This document shows, one piece after another, positions 16,844-25,682 of a stretch of 42,263 nucleotides of DNA. The stretch is from positions 1 through 42,263 of the IMG/VR virus record IMGVR_UViG_3300024325_000005. One strand, written 5' to 3'. The number at the start of each line of letters is the position of its first letter. The first letter of the stretch is position 1. This DNA is from a virus (taxonomy: Duplodnaviria > Caudoviricetes). The notes under the pieces are model-generated. The model was not told where the DNA came from. It ran no database searches and worked only from the letters and a program-made list of their open reading frames with translations. Both the position numbers and the translations under genes were made by a program.

Positions 16844-17440
16844 ATGGCCGAAACCGTCGCCGCCACCGCGTTCCCCCTCTACTGGCCCACCGGCCGGCCG
16901 CGGGCCCGGTTCGCGCAGTCGAGTAAGTTCAAGGTGACGTCGTTCTCGCGCGTCCGCGACGAACTGCTTCACCAGTTGAAGTTGATGGGCGCGAAAAAGG
17001 TCATTCTGTCAACGAACATCGAATTACGCCGGGACGGGCTGCCGCTCGCCGGCCAGCGTAACCCGCGGGACCCCGGCGTGGCGGTGTACTTCGAATACAA
17101 AGATCGGCCCGTCTGTTTCGCCTGCGACCGCTGGTCGAAGATCGAGGACAACATGCAGGCGATCCGGCATACCATCGACGCGCTGCGGGGGATCTCCCGC
17201 TGGGGCACCGGCGACATGGTCGACGCCGCGTTCGCCGGGTTCACCGCGCTGCCGGCCTATGTGCCGCCCGAGCCGTGGCGGTCGGTGCTAGAGCTCAACG
17301 AAATGGCGTTCTCGTTAGCCGACGCCGAGGCCGCGTACATGAAGCTGGCCAAGATCCACCACCCGGACCGCGGCGGTACCACCGAGGCCATGCAGCGGCT
17401 CAACGAAGCGATCGAGCGGGCCAGGAGGGAATTGAAATGA
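16844..17440 (+). CDS. Protein with C-terminal J-domain
   Basis: AYMKLAKIHHPDRGG..EAMQRLNEA; N-terminal PLYWPTGRPR / CDRW phage domain. Confidence 0.85.
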   Translation: MAETVAATAFPLYWPTGRPRARFAQSSKFKVTSFSRVRDELLHQLKLMGAKKVILSTNIELRRDGLPLAGQRNPRDPGVAVYFEYKDRPVCFACDRWSKIEDNMQAIRHTIDALRGISRWGTGDMVDAAFAGFTALPAYVPPEPWRSVLELNEMAFSLADAEAAYMKLAKIHHPDRGGTTEAMQRLNEAIERARRELK

Positions 17441-17865
17441 TGCCATTCCTCGAAGTGCAGCGGGCGCACGACATCCTGCACGGCCAGGTCACCGGCGAGG
17501 CCCCGCGCGTAATCGAGGCCGACGGCCGGCTGCCGGCGAAGGGCGCACTCGACGCGCTCTGCTGGATCCTGGGGCACACCCACAACGGCGCGTTCGCGCG
17601 CAACCTGGCGGCGATCGAGAAGGAACTGGCCGAGCAGGGCTACGTGCTCACCCGCGCCGCGGTCGAGGCAATCGACCAGCCCGTCACGGCCGAGGGCCTG
17701 GCTAAGATCCTCGACGACTTGCTGCACCAGGTTGGGTTCAACTCGTCCGGTCTGGTGAAGTTTCCGTGGGACCGGCTCGATCCGGAGTTGCAACGGTTCT
17801 ACGTGGCGCGCTGCCGGCGGTTCCTCGAACTGTTCGACGTCACTCAGAAGGGCCCGTCGCCATGA
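17437..17865 (+). CDS. Hypothetical protein
   Basis: ATGA coupling at both ends. Confidence 0.65.
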   Translation: MMPFLEVQRAHDILHGQVTGEAPRVIEADGRLPAKGALDALCWILGHTHNGAFARNLAAIEKELAEQGYVLTRAAVEAIDQPVTAEGLAKILDDLLHQVGFNSSGLVKFPWDRLDPELQRFYVARCRRFLELFDVTQKGPSP

Positions 17866-18149
17866 AGTGCCACCAGGATGGCTGTGAGGGGACCGCCGCG
17901 TTCCGGTACACTTGGCCCGGCCGCGACGAGGCCGGGGTGTGCGCGCTGCACGCGGTGAAGGTGGAACAGGTCGCGGCCGCGATGAACCTGCACCTGCAAC
18001 TGATCCCGATCGTGTGCACCTACCGGCTGGTGAAGTCGCCGGGCGGGGCCCGTGGCATCGAGTGCCTGCGGTGCGGAAACATTAGTTGGAACCTGAACGA
18101 CGTGCAGAACCTCTACTGCGGTTTCTGTCACGACTTCCACCCGAGGTAA
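17862..18149 (+). CDS. Cys/His-rich Zn-finger protein
   Basis: CHQDGC, CALH, CLRC, CGFCHDFH. Confidence 0.65.
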   Translation: MKCHQDGCEGTAAFRYTWPGRDEAGVCALHAVKVEQVAAAMNLHLQLIPIVCTYRLVKSPGGARGIECLRCGNISWNLNDVQNLYCGFCHDFHPR

Positions 18150-18152
18150 CGC

Positions 18153-18842
18153 ATGGACGCTCCGGACCTCTACAAGATCCTCAAGGTGAAGTGCGACGCG
18201 ACGCCCGACGAGATCACGGCGGCGTACCGCAAGCTCGCGCTCAAGTGGCACCCCGACCGCAACCCCGGCGACGCGAAGGCCGCCGAGAAGTTCAAGGACG
18301 TCAAGGACGCATACGACGTCCTCATCGACCCGGAGCGCCGGGCCCGCTACGACGCGACCGGCGACACCTCGACCGGCGACCGCCGCCAGGCCGACGAACT
18401 GTTCCAGGTCCTGCACCGGGCGCTCGTCGACGCCGTGGCCGGCGCCACCATGAGCGGCGTCCCGATCGAGGACGCCGACGTCATCGGGCACATGACCGCG
18501 GCGATCGCCGGCGAGGAACAGGCGCTGAGTAAGACCCTGCTCGGCATGTTCGTGGCTCAGTCCACGTGGAAGGCGACGCTCGACCGGTTCACCGTCGAGG
18601 GCGGCGGCGAGAACCTCTTGCGGGACATGGCCCGCAACGAGGTGGCCAACGTCGAGAAGCGGATCGCCGGCGTCGAGGCCCGCGTGGCGCTCCTCGACCG
18701 GGCGAAGGCGTACCTGAAAACGGTCAAGTACCGTTGCGACAACCCGTTCAGCGGGAAGATGGACGGGTGGAACTGCTCCACGAACCTGAAAGGGTTGGAC
18801 GGGATGTTCACGAAGTTCTTTGCACCAGGACGGGCCGGCTGA
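18153..18842 (+). CDS. Protein with N-terminal DnaJ J-domain
   Basis: [55 protein letters not shown]. Confidence 0.92.
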   Translation: MDAPDLYKILKVKCDATPDEITAAYRKLALKWHPDRNPGDAKAAEKFKDVKDAYDVLIDPERRARYDATGDTSTGDRRQADELFQVLHRALVDAVAGATMSGVPIEDADVIGHMTAAIAGEEQALSKTLLGMFVAQSTWKATLDRFTVEGGGENLLRDMARNEVANVEKRIAGVEARVALLDRAKAYLKTVKYRCDNPFSGKMDGWNCSTNLKGLDGMFTKFFAPGRAG

Positions 18843-19390
18843 TGCGCATGGGGTTCGCCGACCCGCCGTACTTCAAATCGGCGCGCAAGCATTATGCGAG
18901 GCACCACAAACGGGCGCACGTGTGGGACACCCTCGACCGGCACGCGCGACTGATCGACCGCCTGACCGGCGAGTTCGCGGATGGGTGGGCGCTGTGCTGC
19001 TCGTCGGTCAACCTTCGCGACCTGCTGCCGCTCTGCCCGCCGGCCGTGCGGGTCGGAGCGTGGGTCAAACCGTTTTCGATCTTCCGGCCCGGCGTGAACC
19101 CGGCGTACGCCTGGGAGCCGGTGATCTTCGCCGGCGGGCGGCCGCGGCCGCGATCGGCGGCGACGGTCCGCGACTGGGTGTCGTGCAACATCACCCTGCG
19201 GACCGGCCTGGCCGGCAGCAAGCCGCCGGCGTTTTGCGTGTGGGTGTTCGAACTACTCGGCCTGCAACCGGGCGACGTGCTGGTCGACCTGTTCCCCGGT
19301 ACCGGAATCGTGAAGCGGACGTTCAAGGAGTTTTGCAATGAGAACCATCGTCTGCTGGCCCCAGGCACGCGGCGGCCACGTGCTCGCTAA
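18842..19390 (+). CDS. Short amino-DNA methyltransferase (m6A/m4C, beta-type motif order)
   Basis: ADPPY near the N-terminus; KP...DLFPGTG near the C-terminus. Confidence 0.8.
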   Translation: MRMGFADPPYFKSARKHYARHHKRAHVWDTLDRHARLIDRLTGEFADGWALCCSSVNLRDLLPLCPPAVRVGAWVKPFSIFRPGVNPAYAWEPVIFAGGRPRPRSAATVRDWVSCNITLRTGLAGSKPPAFCVWVFELLGLQPGDVLVDLFPGTGIVKRTFKEFCNENHRLLAPGTRRPRAR

Positions 19391-19595
19391 CTCAACCCTG
19401 GTATCGTGTGCGAAATGTGCCCAGCCCGTGTGGGTCAGCCCAAGCGGCCGAGAGATTGCCGTCGCCCCCGGCGACGTGTCCCAGTTCGTTTGTCTGGAGT
19501 GCTGGGAGCGCAGCGACGAGGACTTCGGCGAGCCTCGCGCCGTCAGCGCGGAGCAGGTTCGCGAGATTCAAAAGCATTTCGCTGATATGAACTAA
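19338..19595 (+). CDS. Zn-binding hypothetical protein
   Basis: CAKC...CLEC; AGGAG RBS. Confidence 0.6.
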   Translation: MRTIVCWPQARGGHVLANSTLVSCAKCAQPVWVSPSGREIAVAPGDVSQFVCLECWERSDEDFGEPRAVSAEQVREIQKHFADMN

Positions 19596-20176
19596 GCCGC
19601 CCGAGCCGCCGGCTGCCCCCTGACGACACTCAGGTACGTGTCGAGCGCCCGGTCGGCGTCGCCGGCGGCGGGCAAAGTCGCGTGCAACTCCCGCAGCCGG
19701 CCGCACAACCTTTCGATCCGCCCCCGCGTCTGTTCACGCTCCAGGTCCTGCAACCCGGCCCGGGCCTGGTCCTCGGCGGCCGTCGCCGCGGCGAACTTCT
19801 CCCCGGTGCTCTTTTCCGCCAGCGCGTCCACCGTGTGCCGGATCTCCGCGGACGTCGGCTTCGAGCCGGCCAGTTGCTCGGCGATCCGCAGGCGCAGGGC
19901 GGCGGGGGCGCGGACCAGTTCCCGGGCGTGGCGTTCGGTCGTGACCGCGGCGGGAGCCGTGGCTCCCACTTCCTCGGCGATCGCCGCCGCGGCGATCAGT
20001 TGGTTCGCGTACCGGCCGCTGAGCTTCCACCGGCCGCGGCAGTAGCGGTCCCACGTGCCATAGGCCGCGCCGTAGAGTCGCCGGTCGCGGATCGTTTTCA
20101 GGGCCTGCCCCATCTCGCGATAGCTGCTCATGCCCTCCTCGATCGTGCGCTCCAGCTCGGCCAGGTCAGTCCGCAT
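19592..20176 (-). CDS. Putative DNA-binding protein (helical/HTH domain common in phages)
   Basis: GQALKTIRDRRLY..YGTWDRYCRGRWKLSGRYANQLI, TERHARELV. Confidence 0.7.
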   Translation of the reverse strand: MRTDLAELERTIEEGMSSYREMGQALKTIRDRRLYGAAYGTWDRYCRGRWKLSGRYANQLIAAAAIAEEVGATAPAAVTTERHARELVRAPAALRLRIAEQLAGSKPTSAEIRHTVDALAEKSTGEKFAAATAAEDQARAGLQDLEREQTRGRIERLCGRLRELHATLPAAGDADRALDTYLSVVRGQPAARAA

Positions 20177-20678
20177 GACTCGCCTCCAGCATCAGGTCCC
20201 CGGCGACGTCCGCCCCGTTCCGCAGCCGTCGGGTCCCACGGCCGAGCCGCGCGTCGATCGCGTCCATCCCGAGGCGCACCCAGTCGCCCGGGTGGTACAG
20301 GTGCTCGCCGCGGCGGTGTCGCTCGGCCATCACCGACACTTGCGTCTCGGGGTTGGTGTTGCACGACGGGCCCACGGGCGGCCGCGGGTCGGCGTAGCGC
20401 TTCGGGTCGGAGATCCACAGCAGGTACGCGACCGCCTCAACGCATAGCGGCCAGGTCCGCCGGCGGGCGGCCTCGACGTGAGGGCAGACGCAGTCGCACG
20501 GATCGTCGGGGTGGTCGGGGCAGACAGCGCGGCAGGTGCAGTCGCGGGGAACGTGGGCCATGAGGCCGGCCAGGGCGGCGCGGTCGAGACTCGCGAGCCG
20601 GGCGTAAAGGTCCCGGTCCGAGCGCAGGGCGAGCGCGTTCAGTTCGGCGAGAAGGCTCCCCGGTCCGGTGGCGTCCAT
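20166..20678 (-). CDS. Hypothetical Cys-containing protein
   Basis: NPETQVSVMAERHRRGEHLYHPGD motif resembling a recalled small Planctomycete domain; start uncertain. Confidence 0.55.
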   Translation of the reverse strand: MDATGPGSLLAELNALALRSDRDLYARLASLDRAALAGLMAHVPRDCTCRAVCPDHPDDPCDCVCPHVEAARRRTWPLCVEAVAYLLWISDPKRYADPRPPVGPSCNTNPETQVSVMAERHRRGEHLYHPGDWVRLGMDAIDARLGRGTRRLRNGADVAGDLMLEASHAD

Positions 20679-20905
20679 GCCTGGCATCGTGCCCCGGACC
20701 GGGAAAATGGTCAACGTCAACCGCGACCAGTCTAATCCCGGTCCTTGGGCTACTGCAACCGGAATTGTAAAATCGTCGGTCCGTCTGAGCCGGGTTCGTC
20801 CGGCGGCCGCCGGCGAAACCAGTCCCGTACCATACTCAGAATCAACACGACCGACTCGCAGACCCAGGCCCAGCATCCGTGCAGGTGGTGCATGGAACGT
20901 CCTCG

Positions 20906-20947
20906 AAAAAGTGGGGCCGCCGCGTCCCCTCTTGACCGCGGCGGCCC
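20906..20947 (-). terminator. Rho-independent terminator ending the late operon
   Basis: 11-bp stem GGGCCGCCGCG/CGCGGCGGCCC followed by TTTTT on the minus strand. Confidence 0.7.
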
Positions 20948-21003
20948 GCGGACGGGCGTTGCCCTACGGGTGGTTGGGTTTGGCCCGGGGCGCGGCCCGT
21001 TGT

Positions 21004-21339
21004 CTACGTCACCTGGCCGTTGGTCACAAAGCCATGCCAGTGACCCGACGCGCTGGCGTCGATCGACGGCGTGAGCGTCAGCGTGTCGAAATCCTCGTCA
21101 CTGTTCAGGTCCCATATGTGACGGTCCGAACCGTGGCCGTGCGCCCGGATGTACTGGTCGTCGATCGCCTCGTGGCCGCGATGGTGGAACGCGATGCCGA
21201 GCCGTTCGGTGTTGCAATGCCCGCGGAGGTTGTAGGCAATTTCCCTTTGAACACAGCAAGGGCAATCGAACGTCAGGCCGACGCGCGGCCCGCCGTTTTC
21301 GAGTGCGAACCACCGGGGGTTAAGGTCCGTCAGGCGCAT
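21004..21339 (-). CDS. DUF6527-like protein
   Basis: FDCPCC...LTLTPSI...HWHGFVTNG. Confidence 0.6.
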   Translation of the reverse strand: MRLTDLNPRWFALENGGPRVGLTFDCPCCVQREIAYNLRGHCNTERLGIAFHHRGHEAIDDQYIRAHGHGSDRHIWDLNSDEDFDTLTLTPSIDASASGHWHGFVTNGQVT

Positions 21340-21349
21340 GAGTGATCGC

Positions 21350-22027
21350 TCAGGGAACCGGGTGAATCAGTTTCACCAGTTGCACGATGAAGTCGAGGAT
21401 CGCCTGGCGGTTGGCCCAGAGTTGCTTCGCGACGTTGGCCAGCCAGTCGAGGATCGGGGTCGCCCCGGCGTCGGCGAAGGTGGCGCTGACCTCCTTCACC
21501 GCCGGCAGCCCGGCGACGAAGTCGTGCATGGCGTCGTCGTCGCTGCGAAGCTTCGCGACGGCCGCGGCCTGCTCGGGCGTCAGGTCGCCGTCGCGATCGA
21601 GCCGGCGCAAGAACCGGTCGGCGGCGATCCGCGTCCGCAGTGTGCCGGCGAACGACACCGCGATCGGCTTCGCCGGCGGGGCCGCCTGGGCGCGGTCGGC
21701 GCACGAGAGGAACAGGAACAGCGCCAACAGGATCGCGACCGCGGGCTTGACCACGGCTGACTCGAGTTTCGCGAGGCGGGCGTAAATGTCGCCGAGCGGG
21801 CCCGGGGCGTTGTTGGCTGGTGTCGCGGGAAGTGTCGCGGGAAGTGTCCCGGGAAGTGTCCCGGGAAGTGTCGTGCCCGCGGGGACCGCGCCCAGCATCT
21901 TCGCCAGGTACGCGATCGCCGAGGTCCACGGGCCCATGTGGAAGCCGAGCCGGTCGAGCAGCGTCATCACCGTAACGGCCGCGGCGATCCACTGGACTGC
22001 GTTGTTGGGGTCGAAAGTCAGATTCAC
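21350..22027 (-). CDS. Membrane protein, holin/spanin candidate
   Basis: GTG 22027 overlapping the upstream stop; hydrophobic segments WIAAAVTVMTLL and VAILLALFLFLSC. Confidence 0.55.
   Translation of the reverse strand: MNLTFDPNNAVQWIAAAVTVMTLLDRLGFHMGPWTSAIAYLAKMLGAVPAGTTLPGTLPGTLPATLPATPANNAPGPLGDIYARLAKLESAVVKPAVAILLALFLFLSCADRAQAAPPAKPIAVSFAGTLRTRIAADRFLRRLDRDGDLTPEQAAAVAKLRSDDDAMHDFVAGLPAVKEVSATFADAGATPILDWLANVAKQLWANRQAILDFIVQLVKLIHPVP
21820..21872. repeat. 12-bp tandem repeat GTGTC(G/C)CGGGAA, about 4.4 copies
   Basis: Encodes TLPGTLPGTLPATLPAT. Confidence 0.85.
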
Positions 22028-23073
22028 GCCGGCACCTTGCCCTTTTGTCGGAACACGAGGAACGCGGCCACGGCGGCCGCGAGGATCTGCCAGTTGCGCT
22101 GCAGCCAGGCGCCCAGGTCGATCGACGGGGCCGGTGCCGGCGCCGGCACCGGAGCGGGCGGCGGGGTGGGCGGCGCCGGCGGCGCGTTGAGCGCGGGCCA
22201 CTTCATCGGATCCCAGGCCGGGTCCTTGCGCCGGGCGTCGGCGAGCAGCAGCCCGCCGGCGAGGTCCTCGGCGCCCTTGTAATCGCCGGCGAACCACAGC
22301 GGCTTGCCCGCCGCGGCCTGCACGGCCAGGCCGGGCGCGAACCCGAGACCCTTCAGGATCGGCTCGTCGGCCGAGCCGTAGGACTGGAGCGACACCTTGC
22401 CCTTCCAGGAGGCGAGCGGCACGGCCGCGTCGACGTCGGCCCGGATCTTCGCGCCCACATCGGCCGGGCCGATCCAGGTCACGCGCATCGCGTCGGCGTC
22501 GTCGGGCAGGCCCGCGTCGCCGACGGCGTCGAACGCCTCGGTGCGGTCCACTTCCTTGCCGTTGAGGTGGTAGTGGTGGCCGGCCTTCAGTTCGGCCATT
22601 TTCTCCAGGTTGATCCCGTGGTTGCCGAACCCCTGCCCGCCGGCGGCGTCGCCGCAGTGGCAGGCGGGCCCGCACTCACACGGACAATTCCCCTTACAGG
22701 CGCAGTGCGGTTTGCCGGCAGCCGGGGCGGCGATCGGCGCGGGGGCTTGCTCGACCGGGCGCGCGGCGAACGCCGGCGGCGCCACCGGGCAGGCCGTCGG
22801 CTCGCCCCAGGCCCGCGTCGACGCGTTGAACGGCCGGTAGTATTTCTCACGGTTGCAGTAGCCGCCGATTTGAACGCCGTTGGAATACAGGTACATGCGG
22901 TCCGGGTCGCCTTCGAGCGGCCGCCAGTCGAGCACGGGGCCGGCGACCGCCGGGGCGCACTGTGCGCCTTGTGCGCCCCAGCGCTGCTGGGCGAAGCCGA
23001 ACTCCACGGTCAGCAGCATCGCGGTCACAGTAACGGCGAGCAGTGCGCCGAAGATTAACGTGTGGCGTTTCAT
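22024..23073 (-). CDS. Exported protein with signal peptide, Cys-rich insert and C-terminal TM anchor
   Basis: MKRHTLIFGALLAVTVTAMLL; CACKGNCPCECGPACHC; WQILAAAVAAFLVFRQK. Confidence 0.7.
   Translation of the reverse strand: MKRHTLIFGALLAVTVTAMLLTVEFGFAQQRWGAQGAQCAPAVAGPVLDWRPLEGDPDRMYLYSNGVQIGGYCNREKYYRPFNASTRAWGEPTACPVAPPAFAARPVEQAPAPIAAPAAGKPHCACKGNCPCECGPACHCGDAAGGQGFGNHGINLEKMAELKAGHHYHLNGKEVDRTEAFDAVGDAGLPDDADAMRVTWIGPADVGAKIRADVDAAVPLASWKGKVSLQSYGSADEPILKGLGFAPGLAVQAAAGKPLWFAGDYKGAEDLAGGLLLADARRKDPAWDPMKWPALNAPPAPPTPPPAPVPAPAPAPSIDLGAWLQRNWQILAAAVAAFLVFRQKGKVPA
22134..22149. repeat. Dispersed 16-bp palindrome, copy 3 (extends to 22 bp, 22131-22152)
   Basis: GTGCCGGCGCCGGCAC. Confidence 0.9.
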
Positions 23074-23087
23074 TTGAGGTTCCCTCC

Positions 23088-23720
23088 TCACGGCCGCGGC
23101 ACCGGTGGCGGCGGCGGCGTCAGAATCACGACGGCCCAGCCGCCCGACATCGGGAGCCACCGGGCCTTGAACTCGTCGGCGCTCATCCACACCAACTGAT
23201 TCGCGCCGATGAAATTGTTGTCGAGGATCGCGGCTTGAGTGTCGTCCAGGTACACCAGGTTGACCATGTGGGCGATGCGCGACCGCGACCCATAGTGCAT
23301 GTCCATCCCGGCGTAGGTTACCCCGGGCATTCGCCCGGTCTTGATCGCCGCGCGAAGGAACGCCAGGTCGCCGCCGGTGTGCTGCACATACGGTACGTTC
23401 GGCGCGAACCGCTTGATGATCTGGTCGACCTTGCGCGGGTCGCCGCCGCCGGGGATCCCGGCGTTCACGAGTTGCTCGGGGAGGCCGTAGAGCGCGGGCA
23501 CGTTCTGGTAATGCGCGGCGTGGTCGATGGAACGAAAAACGCAACAACCCGGCCCGTTGGGCGGCGGGCTGCCGATGTTGTGCTTGCGCAACTCGACCGG
23601 GAGGTCGCAGACAACCTGCGTTTTGCCGTCGGGCGCGACCGGGCCACCCTCGACCAGGGCGCCGACCGGATCTTGCGCGGCAGCGATCGCGAGCAGGCAG
23701 GCGGCGAGCAGTCGCGGCAT
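23088..23720 (-). CDS. Secreted papain-like (C39-like) cysteine peptidase, endolysin candidate
   Basis: Signal peptide MPRLLAACLLAIAAA; GCCVFRS (Cys), AHMVNLV (His), ILDNN (Asp/Asn); ends EFKARW. Confidence 0.7.
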   Translation of the reverse strand: MPRLLAACLLAIAAAQDPVGALVEGGPVAPDGKTQVVCDLPVELRKHNIGSPPPNGPGCCVFRSIDHAAHYQNVPALYGLPEQLVNAGIPGGGDPRKVDQIIKRFAPNVPYVQHTGGDLAFLRAAIKTGRMPGVTYAGMDMHYGSRSRIAHMVNLVYLDDTQAAILDNNFIGANQLVWMSADEFKARWLPMSGGWAVVILTPPPPPVPRP

Positions 23721-23802
23721 GGTCGGCTCCGGAGACTGAAGGGGCGGCGGTTGGGTCGCGAGAAGAGTGTGCCGCGGCCGACGGTCCGGGGGCAACCGGG
23801 GC

Positions 23803-24483
23803 TCAACCGGGGTACACGTCGAGCATCAGGCCGGGGATGGGCTCGGCGTTCTGGTCCCACCAGACAGGGTTGTGGGCGGTGGGGTTGAAAAGCGGCCAGC
23901 CCGGCGTGCCCTGGCAATTGAAGAGCGATGCCCCGCTGTACGTGATGTAGGCGCCTTGCGATTGATACACGTAAACCCACAAGAGCGTGATCCACAAGTA
24001 ACCGCCGCTCAGGCCCTCGGGCTCGTCGCCGCCGATCAGGTAGAACACGCCGGGGCCGCCGTAGCCGGGGATGTTGTCGAGGACCGGGCTTTGCCATTTA
24101 CATCCGGAGTCGATCAGTTCTCGGTACGGCCAGAATGGGACCGTGTTGTAGAGGAACCCGCTCCCGGCCGACGCAATGTCGTCCGGCGTTCCCGTCCACG
24201 GGATCAGGCCGTTGGCGCCGAGCTGGCCCGGCAGAGTGACCGGCACGAAGTTCGTTTGCCGCGTCAGGGTGGTGCTGACCGCGCCCTGGTCCGTCGCGAA
24301 GTCGACCATGAACGTGGCGGGGTTCACGCCGGGGAAACATGCGCTCCAGGGCGGCGTGCAGCACGGGCAAAGGCAACCGCCCAGCGGCTTCGCACAGCTG
24401 CGGCAGCCGCCGAACGGGCCGCCGCCGAGCGGGCTGGGCGACCCGCCGAGCGGCATCAGGAAGGGTTGATACGCGAGGCCCAT
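23803..24483 (-). CDS. Putative virion/tail protein, Cys-rich N-terminus
   Basis: Position in the tail operon; GC3 bias. Confidence 0.55.
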   Translation of the reverse strand: MGLAYQPFLMPLGGSPSPLGGGPFGGCRSCAKPLGGCLCPCCTPPWSACFPGVNPATFMVDFATDQGAVSTTLTRQTNFVPVTLPGQLGANGLIPWTGTPDDIASAGSGFLYNTVPFWPYRELIDSGCKWQSPVLDNIPGYGGPGVFYLIGGDEPEGLSGGYLWITLLWVYVYQSQGAYITYSGASLFNCQGTPGWPLFNPTAHNPVWWDQNAEPIPGLMLDVYPG

Positions 24484-24870
24484 TTAGAACCCTTGGCCCT
24501 CGGCGCAGGCGTCGTACCCCTCGGCGTTGTTGGTGGAGACCCGCATCGACTCTCCAACGCCGTTGAGCATGAGTTCCTCGCCGGGCGGGTACTTGTACAC
24601 GGTGCGCCAAACCAGCAGGGGCGCGGTGGCCGTGATCGCCGGCACCCGGATCTCGTCGAGCAGCCGGTAGGAGCCGTCGTTCTTCCACAGGCGGATCACG
24701 TTGTCGGTGGTGTTGCCCGTGGCGGCAATGCGAACGCGCTGCACCGCGGTGCCGGCGGCGATCCCGGTGATCAGGGTCGCAATGGTGCCGGTGCCATCGC
24801 GCAACGTGTTGGCGGTCGCGAAGTGCACGCTCGCCGTTTGAAACGACTGCGGGTATTTGGGCGCGCCCAT
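24484..24870 (-). CDS. Putative virion protein
   Basis: Beta-rich, ANTLRDGTGTI; tightly packed in the operon. Confidence 0.65.
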   Translation of the reverse strand: MGAPKYPQSFQTASVHFATANTLRDGTGTIATLITGIAAGTAVQRVRIAATGNTTDNVIRLWKNDGSYRLLDEIRVPAITATAPLLVWRTVYKYPPGEELMLNGVGESMRVSTNNAEGYDACAEGQGF

Positions 24871-24873
24871 CTG

Positions 24874-25392
24874 TTACTCCGTTTCGTGGCCCGCCACGTG
24901 ATCGAGCAGGGTCAGAATTTCCTTGTCGTGCATGATCGCGGCGAACGCCTGGCGCAGTTCCTCTTCGCTCTCCGCGTAGGCGCTCGTGGTCATGCGCGGG
25001 TTGCAGTGCTGCATTTCGATGCGGACGGGCCAGTGCCCGCCGAACGCGCCGACCCGCTCGGCGAAGGTGCGGATGATCTCGATCGAGTATTGCGTGGCGT
25101 CGGCCGCCGCCTGGTCGAGCGCCTGCAAGGTCGCGACGCGGGCGTCCTGGTGCGCCTTCACGGCGACGGACCGGCCGGCCTGGTCGTCGGCGGGGATGCT
25201 GGCCAGGGTCTGCTCGACCGACGGCATGGCGGCGAGCGCTGCGCGCAGGTCCTCGGCCCGGGCCGCGAGCTTCGCGTTGCGGGCGACGACGTGGCAGACG
25301 TGCATCCAGTGGTCGGGCTCGGTGACGTCGAACACGACGCGGGCGACGTTGAGCTTCTTCACCAGGTCGAGGAGCACCTTCTTCGGCGACAT
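24874..25392 (-). CDS. Hypothetical protein
   Basis: 172-aa helical ORF. Confidence 0.65.
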   Translation of the reverse strand: MSPKKVLLDLVKKLNVARVVFDVTEPDHWMHVCHVVARNAKLAARAEDLRAALAAMPSVEQTLASIPADDQAGRSVAVKAHQDARVATLQALDQAAADATQYSIEIIRTFAERVGAFGGHWPVRIEMQHCNPRMTTSAYAESEEELRQAFAAIMHDKEILTLLDHVAGHETE

Positions 25393-25460
25393 GATTCACG
25401 TCCGTGTGAAAGTAAGGGCGACGTGGCGGCATCTTGGCAGATGCCGCCCGCCGGTGTCGA

Positions 25461-25682
25461 CTAGCCGACGGCCGGGTCGAACCACGGGCTGCCGGCGATG
25501 CATACGACCGGCACCCAGCCCGGCGGGCAGTCGGCCGCGTGCTGGGCGGCGACGTCCGCCAGCCAGACGTTGGCCGCGGCGCCGTTCTCGACGTCCGCCT
25601 TCGCGATCAGTCGCGACGCGGCGAGCATGGCGTTTTGGTCGGTGACGGTGGGATCAACCCACCGGGCTTGAACGATCATCAC
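25461..25682 (-). CDS. Hypothetical protein
   Basis: Coupled to the upstream tail gene. Confidence 0.5.
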   Translation of the reverse strand: MMIVQARWVDPTVTDQNAMLAASRLIAKADVENGAAANVWLADVAAQHAADCPPGWVPVVCIAGSPWFDPAVG

